In this document: positions 9,598-19,589 of the stretch, one piece after another
How the letters are laid out: each line of letters starts with the position of its first letter
Position numbering within the stretch: the stretch's first letter is position 1
Assembly: GCA_963771465.1 (NCBI GenBank)
Contig: CAVYTU010000015.1
Coordinates: 160,001 to 224,000, forward strand
Direction: 5' to 3'
From: an uncultured delta proteobacterium
GTDB lineage: Bacteria > Desulfobacterota > Binatia > UBA9968
Length of the DNA: 64,000 nt
Made by a program: the position numbers and the translations under genes
Notes under the pieces: generated by a model
Told to the model about the DNA's origin: nothing
The model's input: only the letters and a program-made list of their open reading frames with translations
The model's database searches: none

Positions 9598-10683
9598 CTA
9601 GGAATGCTCATCCTGACAAAACCACTCAGTCGGCAACTCTCTGCCTAATTTTCGTTCCTGCGCTAACACGAGAATTCGCGCCGCGCTGGCTGAGAACTGA
9701 AGACCAAGTCCGAGATGGTTGAGCATGCAAGTGACGTCATTATCGTTTCTCCGACCTGCAGCCTTGCCAGCCATGATCTCTGAGAGTTCCGGCTTGTTAC
9801 GCCAGTCGGCGGCGGTGTTTTCCAACTCGGCGCGGCCATAGTCGCCCCTGCCGAACTCAGGAACTTTTCGCTCTTCACCGGGAAGCGTAAAGAGTTTGGC
9901 GGCCTCGCGGGTTGAAACCGCGATCAAGTCGCACCGCACCAGCGCGTCAAGCATCAGCTCGCTCGGCCTGACGGTGGTGATATGCATGCCACTGTGAATC
10001 CAAACTGCGGGGAAAAACGGCTCGAGCGCGTTGGTCGCGAGCGACACGATATCGGCGCCGCGCGCAGCTTCTTCCGGCGACGACACGGCGCGCAACTTCG
10101 CGCCGCTTTTCGCACGCATCTCATCAACGAACCCGTCACGATTCTCTCGGCTCGGGCTATACACTCGCACTTCTTCAATCGGCAACACCTTACACATTGC
10201 GAGCAACGCCGGGCGCGCCTGCCAACCGGAGCCGTAAAGCGCCATCACCGAAGAGTTCTTCCGCGCCAGATATTGCGCCGAGAGCGCGTTGGTGACGCCG
10301 ACGCGGATCGCCTGCATGAAGCCATCGGGAAAAATCGCCAAGAGCTCGCCACTGGTAACGCTAAAGACAAATACCAAGCCAACATATTTGCTCCCTTGGG
10401 CCAACGGCACTTTGACGCGGCGCTGTCTGCCGCCAATGATCGGCCAGGTGAGCACATCGGAAGTGACCCGCATGGTTGTGACGCCTGCGCTTGGCAGCGA
10501 TGCGCAGGAGGTTTTTAGCCCGTGGTAACTCCCCTCGATCGGTCCCGGCACGAGCAAATCCTGACGCGGCATGTTTACCGCCTGCCCATTCCCTAGCTCG
10601 AGCAGCGCGGGCTCCAGCGCAGCAAAGCATTCGTCGAGTGTAAAGATATTCTCAATTTCTTCATTGGTGAGAATAAGAGTCAT
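9598..10683 (-). CDS. Ornithine cyclodeaminase/mu-crystallin-family protein
   Basis: LYGSGWQA Rossmann motif, VRVYSP, GLGLQF C-terminal motif. Confidence 0.88.
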   Translation of the reverse strand: MTLILTNEEIENIFTLDECFAALEPALLELGNGQAVNMPRQDLLVPGPIEGSYHGLKTSCASLPSAGVTTMRVTSDVLTWPIIGGRQRRVKVPLAQGSKYVGLVFVFSVTSGELLAIFPDGFMQAIRVGVTNALSAQYLARKNSSVMALYGSGWQARPALLAMCKVLPIEEVRVYSPSRENRDGFVDEMRAKSGAKLRAVSSPEEAARGADIVSLATNALEPFFPAVWIHSGMHITTVRPSELMLDALVRCDLIAVSTREAAKLFTLPGEERKVPEFGRGDYGRAELENTAADWRNKPELSEIMAGKAAGRRNDNDVTCMLNHLGLGLQFSASAARILVLAQERKLGRELPTEWFCQDEHS

Positions 10684-10708
10684 GGCTGTACGTTATCTGC
10701 CGGCGATT

Positions 10709-11908
10709 CTATGAATGCGCCGGTTGGCGCAACACGAAGGTCAGCAACGCCGCGCTGAAGGGAAAGCATGCGATCGCAGTGAGCGCGGTCGGTAAGCCAT
10801 AGGCATCGGCAATAAGGCCCGCAAGGATTGGCGCGGCGAACGATACGCTCATATTGGCGCCGTAGATGAACGCAACGATACTGCCGGAAAGCTCCGGCGG
10901 CGCCGATGACATCGCCGCCGAAACGACGACCGGCCTAAGCGCCCACAGTAGCGCGCCGAGCGCACCGAGTCCGACAACCAGTACCGCGCCGGAACCCAGA
11001 TACGGAATCCCGACGATACACACGCCACTCAGCAGCGAAAAAACCATGATCAAGGATAGGTGGCCGTAACGGTCCGATATCCAGCCAACCAACGCCGGCG
11101 CGATGCCGGCGAAGAGAAATAGAATTGACATGTACGCGCCCGCTAGCGCCGCAGGAAGTTTTAGATGCAACGACAAGTAGAGCGGCAGGAACGACGCCAA
11201 CGCCGTCTGTCCCATGGCGCGGAGCGTCGAGATCGCCACCAAGGCGCAGACCGATTTATTTCTGATCACGTCGTTCCAGATCGCGCGGCGGTAATCGCGC
11301 GCCCGGGGTACGGCGAGCGCGCCCTCCGCGCCCCACAGCGCATAGCTGAGGCCGACCACGATACCTGGAATCCCCCAAATCAACAGCGTCGTGCGCCAAT
11401 CGAAAAAGTTTAGCAAGACGCCGATCGCTAGCGGACCGATGACTTCACCTAAATTGGCGCTGCTGTCATGCACGCCGAGGGCAAAGGCTTTTTTCTCCCG
11501 GTACTTTGCCGACAAGATCGCCAGCGACTGCGGGTGGAACCAGCCGCCGCCAAAGCCGCTGAGTCCCATGAAAATCATTAACAGTAAAAAATTCGACGAC
11601 GCGCTCAAGCCGACCGTTCCTAGTCCGATCAGTGCGACGCAAAATCCTAGCGAGAGATTACGCCGGCTGGCAAGATCAGCAAAAAAACCGGAAGGAAAGC
11701 TTGCCACCCCAGCCATGAGCGTGCGCGCCGAAGCCAACGCTCCGGCCTGCGCCAAGCTGAGCCCCAATGTGGTCGTGATGATTGGCAAGATGACCGCAAT
11801 GACCGCATTGAACAGATGCTCGGTCATATGCGCCGTCGAGTTGGCGGCCAGGCGGCCCCAATTCGCCAGCGGTAGGCTCACGGTGTTTGCGGTTTCAGCT
11901 TTGGACAA
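10709..11908 (-). CDS. MFS transporter
   Basis: About 12 hydrophobic segments; GFFADLASRR and GWISDRYG MFS motif A; FHPQS. Confidence 0.9.
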   Translation of the reverse strand: MSKAETANTVSLPLANWGRLAANSTAHMTEHLFNAVIAVILPIITTTLGLSLAQAGALASARTLMAGVASFPSGFFADLASRRNLSLGFCVALIGLGTVGLSASSNFLLLMIFMGLSGFGGGWFHPQSLAILSAKYREKKAFALGVHDSSANLGEVIGPLAIGVLLNFFDWRTTLLIWGIPGIVVGLSYALWGAEGALAVPRARDYRRAIWNDVIRNKSVCALVAISTLRAMGQTALASFLPLYLSLHLKLPAALAGAYMSILFLFAGIAPALVGWISDRYGHLSLIMVFSLLSGVCIVGIPYLGSGAVLVVGLGALGALLWALRPVVVSAAMSSAPPELSGSIVAFIYGANMSVSFAAPILAGLIADAYGLPTALTAIACFPFSAALLTFVLRQPAHS

Positions 11909-12061
11909 GTTGGAATCCTAGAAAAATAGATCGCCTAAGGCGTTTCAATTTGACTATACCAAACTTCCAGCGCCGGCAAGCAACCGCCAAACATGACGCG
12001 ATGAAACCAACGGCGAATCTCGAAGCCAATCGTCGCGACCGAACGGGTGAGGCGGCGCGCA

Positions 12062-12286
12062 TCAATCGAACTCGATCAGTTTTCTTCTCGACCTCTGGCC
12101 GCGGAGGATGCGGATTTTTGATTTGGCGGTGTGAAAATACTCGGCGAGCAGTTCAATCAATCGGCTGTTCGCCTTGCCTTCGTTGGCCGGCGCGTTAACG
12201 GACGCGAGCAACTCGCCGTCAGTGTGGAAAGCGACGTTTTCGTGTTTTGCCAGCGGCTTGACCGTCACCCAAATTTTTCGCGCCAT
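12062..12286 (-). CDS. DUF167 (YggU-like) protein
   Basis: VKP..K, APANEGKAN..LIELLA, G..SR.K. Confidence 0.88.
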   Translation of the reverse strand: MARKIWVTVKPLAKHENVAFHTDGELLASVNAPANEGKANSRLIELLAEYFHTAKSKIRILRGQRSRRKLIEFD

Positions 12287-12354
12287 GACTTACCATAACG
12301 CCAACCGAGTGGCGGTCAAGCGACGCTAGCAACTCGGCGAAACTCGGGTAGATA

Positions 12355-12831
12355 TCAGCGCGGCTTATACATCATCTCAAGGAGTTGCTGGTAGGACTTA
12401 AGCAAATCGGTGGACGTGACGATGCCGCAAACGCCGCCGTTTTCCTCAACCACGGGAAGACAATTGATCCGTTTCGAAACGATCTTACTCACCGCCTCAG
12501 CGATCGGCGTATTACGCCGCACGGTGACCGGATGACGGGTCATGATCTGATCCAACGATTTGGATCGGGCGTTGGGGTTGCGCGCCAAGGCGCGCAAGAT
12601 ATCGCGGTCCGAGATGACCCCGACAATTTGGCCATGGGCATCGACGATAACACAGTGGCGAAAGTAGCGGTCATTCATCAAGTTCGCCGCCTCACTAAAG
12701 GTATTATGCGGGCTGAGGGTCACCACTTTCGACGTCATTACATCCGCCACTTCGCTGGCACCGACGATCATCGAATCGTTAATGGTACGCGCCAGGTCAT
12801 CCGCTGATTTGGGGTTTGTCACTTGCTTCAT
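12355..12831 (-). CDS. CBS-domain pair protein
   Basis: VADVMT, VGVISDRDI, CLPVV, GIVTSTDLL. Confidence 0.9.
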   Translation of the reverse strand: MKQVTNPKSADDLARTINDSMIVGASEVADVMTSKVVTLSPHNTFSEAANLMNDRYFRHCVIVDAHGQIVGVISDRDILRALARNPNARSKSLDQIMTRHPVTVRRNTPIAEAVSKIVSKRINCLPVVEENGGVCGIVTSTDLLKSYQQLLEMMYKPR

Positions 12832-12881
12832 AGCTTTCCTCCCACCACGCTCGTAGAGACGTAGTCATCGACCAGAAACTT

Positions 12882-12897
12882 AGCAATTCTCAAACCA
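12882..12897 (-). promoter_or_regulatory. Sigma-54-type (-24/-12) promoter upstream of the CBS gene
   Basis: Minus strand reads TGGTTTGAGAATTGCT (GG-N10-GC), about 50 bp upstream of the ATG. Confidence 0.5.
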
Positions 12898-13219
12898 TGG
12901 ATTGCTCGTGTAAAACCTCCGAGTGGTGCTGGTCCATGGAATTCCCATCCGGCGGTCATCGCTCGCGCAATGTCCTGAAACGTCACAAAAGTGGCTGCGA
13001 ATACGCCGCGGCTGTACCCATTCAAAGTGTTCAAAGACCGACAAAACATGCCGAAACCGTTTCGACAATTCGTCATAAAGCATCCGCTGCCCCTCACAAT
13101 CGGTCATTCCGCGGGCGCTATTAATACCATCGGCATTGCTAGTCATTTCTATTGGCCTTTGTGTACGATACCCGAAGTCTGTGATAAAAAATCGGAGTTA
13201 TAACAATGGAGGATTTTCG

Positions 13220-14278
13220 ATGACTTTGATTTTGAGTAATGACGACGTTCAACAAGCGCTCAGTGTGAGCGAATGTCTCGCCGTCATGGAGGAATCCTAT
13301 CGCGAGCAGGCCGAAAGCCGCGCGGTCAACCGGCCGACTACCCAGACTTATCTACCCCATTCCCTACCGAAATCTACTTACAATTTTAAGTCAGTCGACG
13401 GTGGCGTGGGCAAATTCGGCGTCTTCGCGCTCCGGATCACCTCGACAATCGATCAAGAACAGCACGTCAATAATTCCGTCCGTCTCGAAAAATTGCCACT
13501 AGCGAATGGGATGTTCGTTGGCCTCATTGAGCTTTTTAGCGTGGCGACCGGCGAGCTGTTGGCGATCATGCCGGATGGTTTGATCCAACAGGTGCGCGTC
13601 GGTGTCACCAGCGCGCTGGGGATGAAAGTGATGGCGCGAAAAAATTCTCAAACCATGGGGCTGATCGGCAGCGGCGGCCAAGCCAAAGCGCATTATCGCT
13701 TTATGACGTCGGTCCTGCCGATCAAAAAAGTAAAAGTCTTTAGCCCCAACGCGGAGCACCGAAAAGCGTTCGTCGCCGAGATGGAAAAAGAGACTGGCGT
13801 CGCCGGCGAACCGGTGACGAGCGCTGAAGAAGCAGCGCGCGGCTCAGACGTGATCTGCAGCGCGACCAATTCGTCGCGGCCGGTGATAAAGCTCGATTGG
13901 CTGGCAGCCGGCATGCACTACAACTCCATTCGAGAATTCGAAACCGATCTCGACGTGCTAAACCGCTGCGATGTCATCGCCATCCACACTCGCTTTGGCG
14001 GCATCCAGCATTACCAGCCGCCCGGCATCGACGATGACATGCCCGGCGTGCGCCGCGAAAAACCGCGCGACTGGAGCAAGTATTCTGAGCTTTGCGACCT
14101 GATCGCCGGTAAAGCTCCGAGCAGGACAACCGACAAGCAGATTACTTTTTTCTTAAACAACGTTGGCACCGGCGTCCAGTTCGCCGCCATGGGCTACTGC
14201 GCCTACAAAGCCGCCAAAGAAAAAAACCTGGGCCACGAGATTCCGAGCGAGTGGTTCATGCAGGATATCAAACCGTGA
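13220..14278 (+). CDS. Ornithine cyclodeaminase/mu-crystallin-family protein
   Basis: ATG 13220 after GGAGG; LIGSGGQA, VFSPN, GTGVQF. Clear paralog of 9598-10683. Confidence 0.88.
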   Translation: MTLILSNDDVQQALSVSECLAVMEESYREQAESRAVNRPTTQTYLPHSLPKSTYNFKSVDGGVGKFGVFALRITSTIDQEQHVNNSVRLEKLPLANGMFVGLIELFSVATGELLAIMPDGLIQQVRVGVTSALGMKVMARKNSQTMGLIGSGGQAKAHYRFMTSVLPIKKVKVFSPNAEHRKAFVAEMEKETGVAGEPVTSAEEAARGSDVICSATNSSRPVIKLDWLAAGMHYNSIREFETDLDVLNRCDVIAIHTRFGGIQHYQPPGIDDDMPGVRREKPRDWSKYSELCDLIAGKAPSRTTDKQITFFLNNVGTGVQFAAMGYCAYKAAKEKNLGHEIPSEWFMQDIKP

Positions 14279-14317
14279 CGCGTGGATTTGTTAGGAATCG
14301 TGTCTCAAATTGCCGGT

Positions 14318-15349
14318 CTATTTCCCCATTAATTTATTGAGCCGCTCGATCACGTCTTTCGGCTGCGCCGTCACTTCACCGGCCAATGCCTGGACTTCCT
14401 CGCCGGTTGTCGGGTCCAAATCCAAGCGCTTTTTCTTCGCCTCGGCGATAAAGTCCGGATCCTTCATCGTCTTGTTAAACGCATCGCGCAGCATCTTCAC
14501 CACTTCCGGGCGCATTTTCGGCGGCGCCATATAGGGGCGATGAAACTCGCCCGAAGCGAGCAAAGCAGTTGCGAGTCGCCGGCCCGATTCCGGTGTTTTG
14601 TATTTATCCATCAGTTCGTAAATAGTCGGCACGTTGGCGAGCTTTTCGATCCTCGCTCGGCCACCTTGAGCCAGCTCCCTGGCAAAACCATTCTTACGCC
14701 AAGTATGAAACGGCTCGCGGGAAAAATACGCCTCGGTGCTCAGCGAGCGGCATTGGATCTCGCCTCGTTCGACGCCGAGGTCGATCTCGTTGCCGCCCTG
14801 ATAGCCGGAGATCACATTGAACTTTGCGCTCACGGTTTCTTCTAAGAGCTTCGGCACGAAATAGCCCATGTTGCTCATGCCGGTGGTGCCGCACTTGGGC
14901 GGCTCTTTGGCGGTGCGCACGTCTTCGATGGATTTGAATGGCGCATCCGCGCGCATGTAGAGCACCTGCGGCGATTTGGTCGCGTTGCCGATCCAGTTGT
15001 ATTTCGTCCAGTCAAATTTTACTTCGGCGCGGCCGATCAACTGCTCGAAATATAGCCCAGCGTTGATGGCGCCCATGGTGAGTCCGTCCGGCTTGGCGAC
15101 ATTGTAAATATAGTTCGCCGCGATCATATGACCTGCGCCGGGCATGTTTTGCACGATGATATTGGGATTACCCGGCAGATATTTTCCCATGAACAAGGCA
15201 ATCCCACGGGCATACAGATCGTAAAGATCACCGGCCCCTGTGCCGACGATGATCGTCACCGTTTTCCCTTGGAAGTATGGAGCTTGAGCGCGTCCGAGAG
15301 CCGCCGTCGCGAGCGCAATCATGATCACAAGAAAAAGCACTCTAAACAT
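14318..15349 (-). CDS. Bug/TctC-type tripartite tricarboxylate transporter substrate-binding protein
   Basis: Signal peptide, VQNMPGAG, KPDGLT, GYQGGNEIDL. Confidence 0.9.
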   Translation of the reverse strand: MFRVLFLVIMIALATAALGRAQAPYFQGKTVTIIVGTGAGDLYDLYARGIALFMGKYLPGNPNIIVQNMPGAGHMIAANYIYNVAKPDGLTMGAINAGLYFEQLIGRAEVKFDWTKYNWIGNATKSPQVLYMRADAPFKSIEDVRTAKEPPKCGTTGMSNMGYFVPKLLEETVSAKFNVISGYQGGNEIDLGVERGEIQCRSLSTEAYFSREPFHTWRKNGFARELAQGGRARIEKLANVPTIYELMDKYKTPESGRRLATALLASGEFHRPYMAPPKMRPEVVKMLRDAFNKTMKDPDFIAEAKKKRLDLDPTTGEEVQALAGEVTAQPKDVIERLNKLMGK

Positions 15350-15371
15350 ACTGGCCTCCAGCGCGCTTGGG

Positions 15372-16426
15372 CTATTCAGATAGGACTTTTTTCATGCGTT
15401 CGATAACGTCGGGCGGCTGATCCATAATCTCTTGCAGCAGTGTTTGTATTTCCTCACCGGTTGAAGGTTCCATATCCATCCGCCCCTTCTTGGCTTCGGC
15501 AATCAGTTCGGGATCTTTCATTGCTCTGGCGTAAGCTTCACGGAGCATCTTTACTCGGTCCGGCGGCGTCCCTGGAGTGACTAGCATTAGGCGGCCAAAC
15601 TCAGCGCCGCCGAGCAAGACGTTGGCGAGCCGGCGATTTGCTTCGCTGGTTTTGTATTGATCCATCAGCTCGTAGATCGTCGGCGCCTCCGCGACAACCG
15701 GATCGCGTTTGCGCGTTGTTTGAATCAAGTGGCGGTCAAACCCTTTCTTGTGCCAAGTATCAAATGGCTCACGTCCGAAGTGCGGCAATATGGTGTTACC
15801 GCGGCATTGGATCTCGCCCTTTTCCACTGCCAGATCGATTTCGTTTCCGCCGGGATAACCCATCACAGTGTTGATCTTGGCGCCAAATACTACGTCCAAA
15901 ACTCGGTCGAGAACATATCCGGCGCTCCCTACGCCAGTGCTGCCGCATTTCGGCGCTTCTTTCGCTTTGATGATGTCGCCGATGGTTTTGTACGGCGCGT
16001 CCGCGCGCATATAGAGCAACATATAATTTTTCTCTTGCGAACCGATAGCCGAGAATTTGCGCAAATCGAAGCGCACTTCTTTATGGCCCGATAGCTGCTC
16101 GATATAAACGTTGCTGTTAGGCATGACAGTTGTAAGTCCGTCGGGCTTAACCACGCCGTAAACGTAATTGAGCGCCACCAGCGACCCCGCACCCGGCATA
16201 TTCTGGACAATCATATCCGGCTGTCCGGGAATATACTTGGGCATCGCTCGGGCTAGTAGCCGCCCCCAGCGATCATAAAAACCGCCCGCCGTCGCCCCGG
16301 TGATAATGCGAATCTGTTTTCCTTTGTAGAAGGGTTCGCCTTGAGCGTCGCACTGAACTTGCAATCAAGCATTGCCAAATCAGAACGAGCCCCAAGCGAT
16401 CGCCAACTCAACGCTGAAAAATTCAT
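15372..16426 (-). CDS. Bug/TctC-type substrate-binding protein; signal-peptide region frameshifted
   Basis: Mature part is intact (VQNMPGAG, KPDGLT, GYPGGNEIDL). ATG at 16426 with an AAGGAGG RBS is out of frame with the body. Confidence 0.8.
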
Positions 16427-16443
16427 CTTTCCTCCTTCATTTT

Positions 16444-17560
16444 TCACCAAGTCTCCGCCCGTCCGCCTTGCACCCACCAATTAAGGCGCGGCTCGATCCG
16501 CATCTCGTAACCTTTACCATGACGCCTTGGCCAGGTCGTAACACTTTTTCGCCAGCGCGATATCGACGATGCCCTGGCCGCCCTGGTTTTTGTAGAGAAT
16601 AATCTGCTTGTCGTCCGTGCGCCCTTTGACCTTGCCGGCAAGCACATCGGAAATCTCCACGACTTTATCCCAAGCAATCACACCGCTCTGGACTGGCCAA
16701 TAAATATCGCCCTGCTGCGAATCTATCGCCTGGGCTTTAGAAAGCGCAACAATGAAATCGCATCTTTTCAACGTTTCATCATCGATCTCCCGGCGCGGCG
16801 CCGAAAGATTGCCGCTTTTGACCAACTCGATATTGCTGCCAATGACGGAAATGATGTATTGCCCCGCTTCCAACCATGAGCCATCGATGACGGGAACATT
16901 GGTGTTGGTCATGCAGAGAATAATGTCGACATCCTTCGCCGCCAGCTCTGGCTTGTCGACCGGTTTCACCGCAACTCCGGTCTTGGCGCTGATTTTTTTT
17001 GCAAAACCTTCCCGGTGCGTTGGCGTCGGACTGTAAACTTTTGCGCTTTCGATCTTGCGCATCTGGCACAAGCCGGCAAATGTCGCCCAAGCCTGCTGGC
17101 CGGAGCCATAAATCCCAACTCGCTCCGCGTCCTTGCGCGCAAATAGATCCAGCCCGGCCAAGCTCGTCGCCGGTGTGCGCAAATCGGCGACGCCGGTAAA
17201 ATCCCGCGGCCGATGCGCCATCACGCCGAGCAGGGAACCTGTATCAGAATCGTAAATCAGCGCCAGCTCGGTCTGATCGGGATTGAACGGCGGCCGCTTC
17301 TGCGTGTTCCCGTCGATCGCCTTTCGATGCAGCGCCACCTGCGCTCCGACCGCGCCATAGCTAGCCGAGCCGCCGGCGTAAATGTTCAGCACCGTGTCGA
17401 ACGTCCCTTCTGCGACGTCGCGATGAAGATTGAGCCGCTTACGCGGTGCGCAAACCCCATCGGGTGAAATCATATCGCGCAGCGCATTCTCGGTTATCGT
17501 CACCGCTTCTTTAATCGGAATTAGCTGATCGACATCGTCGGAGTGAAAAAAGAGCGCCAT
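16444..17560 (-). CDS. Ornithine cyclodeaminase/mu-crystallin-family protein; frameshift near C-terminus
   Basis: IYGSGQQA, VYSPT, LYKNQGGQGIVD. Frame stops at 16514, but a plausible tail (HGKGYEMRIEP...ETW) continues in another frame to 16444. Confidence 0.82.
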
Positions 17561-17575
17561 GGAATCTCCGTGCTG

Positions 17576-18580
17576 TCACGCTGACAATTTCCCGAAGTCA
17601 TTCCGCCACAGCACGCTAATCTCGCTCATCTGTTGATCCGACAGCGACGCCATTTCTGAGCAAGCAACTGCCTCATCGACATGGGTTGTATTTGAGAAGC
17701 CGACAAGCACGGTGGAAACTTTTTGATTCATCAGTCCGAAACGAATCGCGGCTTGCGTGAGATCTTTGCCGTCGACGCCGAGTGCCGCTTTTACTTTTTC
17801 CGCGCGTTGAAGATCGAGCGGATAATCAGAACCCGGTGACAGTGTGTTGCCGCTGCTGCCGCCGCTAGCGCCGGGATTCGCCGTCAGCGCGCCCGATGCT
17901 AAGACACGAATGACGAAAGCGCCCATGCCTTTAGCCGCGGCGCGATCGAGAATCAATCCGTAGTCCTGGGCGCTAAAATTCTTCGGCACCGGCTGGCCGG
18001 CGCTTGGATTAAGTAAATTGTAGTAGCACTGAAAGCCGTGAAACTCGCCGCTATCGACTAACTCGTGCAGCGCGGCGGTTTCGCCCAGCCCGCTGAAGCC
18101 GAAAAAACCGGCCTTACCGCGCTCGCGCATGGCCTTGAGCCCGGCGATGACGCCGTCGGCGCCGAGCACATCTTGCGGCGTCAAGCTGAAGCGTTTGTCC
18201 ATGCCGCGCTCGCGCGTGACCCGGGTGTGGAGCTGGACGAAATCGACGCGCTCGCGGCCAAGGCGGTTGAGCCCCGCTTCGACTGCGCGGATCGTCGCGG
18301 CTTTAACATCGCCGACACAGTCAGCTTCGAGGCGAATCTTTGTCGAGATCACCGGATTGGCGCCGAGGTCTTTTAAGATGCGCCCCAGATTCTCTTCGGA
18401 TTTTCCCAACCCGTAGGCGTATGCGGTGTCGAAAAAGGTTATGCCCGAATCGAGCGCGCGCCTGACGACTTTAACTTGCTCGTCATAGGGTGCTTTGACC
18501 ATGAGCACGGCGTTATTACCGCAGCCAAAGCCAATCTCGGAGACTTTGAGGCCAGTATTTCCGATAGTGCGATATTGCAT
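17576..18580 (-). CDS. Aldo/keto reductase
   Basis: MQYRTIGNTGLKVSEIGFG, FFDTAYAYG, ISTK, VDFVQLH, YNLL. Confidence 0.92.
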   Translation of the reverse strand: MQYRTIGNTGLKVSEIGFGCGNNAVLMVKAPYDEQVKVVRRALDSGITFFDTAYAYGLGKSEENLGRILKDLGANPVISTKIRLEADCVGDVKAATIRAVEAGLNRLGRERVDFVQLHTRVTRERGMDKRFSLTPQDVLGADGVIAGLKAMRERGKAGFFGFSGLGETAALHELVDSGEFHGFQCYYNLLNPSAGQPVPKNFSAQDYGLILDRAAAKGMGAFVIRVLASGALTANPGASGGSSGNTLSPGSDYPLDLQRAEKVKAALGVDGKDLTQAAIRFGLMNQKVSTVLVGFSNTTHVDEAVACSEMASLSDQQMSEISVLWRNDFGKLSA

Positions 18581-18599
18581 GATTTTCCTCCAGTGATCG

Positions 18600-19292
18600 T
18601 TACAGATTCGCAAGCTCCGTCAGCACCGCATTGGTATCACTCAAATCCGCCAGGCAGCCGTCCGGCTGCCAATATAAAAGCTCTTCTACAGGATAACGCC
18701 CGGTGCCGACAAGCAGGCATTTCATGTGATTTCCCCGCGCAGCTTCCAAATCCTTCGGCGTGTCGCCGACAATCACGCATCGCTCCGGCTCGATTCCGCG
18801 CCGCGCCAATTGTTCGCAACGCCGTCTCGCGATCGCAGGCAAGTCCGGCCGGTTTTCGGAATCGCTCGCATAGGCGCCGCGAGACAGATAACTCAAAAGC
18901 CCGGCGGCTTCGAGTTTGATCTCAGCGGTGGCTTCAAAATTGCCGGTAACCACACTTGAAATAAATGCTTCGTTGACCGACAGCGCCTTTAGCAATTCCA
19001 CCGCGCCCGGCAAAGCACGCACGGTGGTTTCGCCCCGCCCCACATGTTGGCGATAACTCGCTCCCAAGTTCGCGGTAAACTGTTGCCAACGATCGGTGCC
19101 GATCTCGATCTCGACGTTCGCCTTGGTAAAAATGTCTTTGACAATCAGCGGATCGGTATTGCCGTCCGGCATCACGGTACGAATATCGCCGGCGATGCCA
19201 AACGTTTGCCAGATCGCTTCGTTGAACGGCAGATAACCGTTCTCGGTCCGCGTCAGAGTGCCGTCGATATCGAAAAGAATCAGCCGTTGCAT
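18600..19292 (-). CDS. HAD-superfamily phosphatase
   Basis: LFDIDGTL motif I, VTGN motif II, VGDTPKD motif IV. Confidence 0.9.
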   Translation of the reverse strand: MQRLILFDIDGTLTRTENGYLPFNEAIWQTFGIAGDIRTVMPDGNTDPLIVKDIFTKANVEIEIGTDRWQQFTANLGASYRQHVGRGETTVRALPGAVELLKALSVNEAFISSVVTGNFEATAEIKLEAAGLLSYLSRGAYASDSENRPDLPAIARRRCEQLARRGIEPERCVIVGDTPKDLEAARGNHMKCLLVGTGRYPVEELLYWQPDGCLADLSDTNAVLTELANL

Positions 19293-19340
19293 AAATCGCC
19301 GACCGAGATGCATCTCTGTCTCTAACCGATGCCCGCCACG

Positions 19341-19369
19341 TTGACAATCCTAACCGTTCAAGATAGAAG
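19341..19369 (+). promoter_or_regulatory. Sigma-70-type promoter for the riboswitch leader
   Basis: TTGACA-17 bp-TAGAAG, about 10 nt upstream of the aptamer. Confidence 0.55.
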
Positions 19370-19379
19370 TTTTTCGTAA

Positions 19380-19453
19380 GTTTTGCGCGACTGGCGAACG
19401 TGGAATCGACCACGAGGAAGTGCAAAGCACTAAGACGGCCGAACGCCTGGGTC
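19380..19453 (+). ncRNA. ZMP/ZTP (pfl) riboswitch aptamer
   Basis: P1 TTTGCGC/GTGCAAA, conserved GACTGGCGAA, P2 CGTGG/CCACG, 3' GGCCGAACGCCTGGGTC with GGCG/CGCC pseudoknot. Lies upstream of serine/purine genes. Confidence 0.9.
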
Positions 19454-19481
19454 TCTTAACGATAGAGGTCCAGGCTTTTTT
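19445..19481 (+). terminator. Intrinsic terminator forming the riboswitch expression platform
   Basis: GCCTGGGTCTCT-loop-AGAGGTCCAGGC followed by TTTTTT. The 5' arm overlaps aptamer P3 and the pseudoknot. Confidence 0.85.
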
Positions 19482-19589
19482 GTGGACGATGCGCCGTAGA
19501 GCAATGCCGAACGCCGTGTGTTCCGCGTCTTTCCTGCCTCTTGTCGGATCTCAAATGGGTTTGCCAGTAGCCGAAGAGGAACCGTAGCC

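Noticed and set aside
12828-13203. Several 70-90-aa ORFs in the CBS/OCD intergenic region
   Set aside because: Mutually overlapping, no RBS or motifs; the region is better explained as regulatory.
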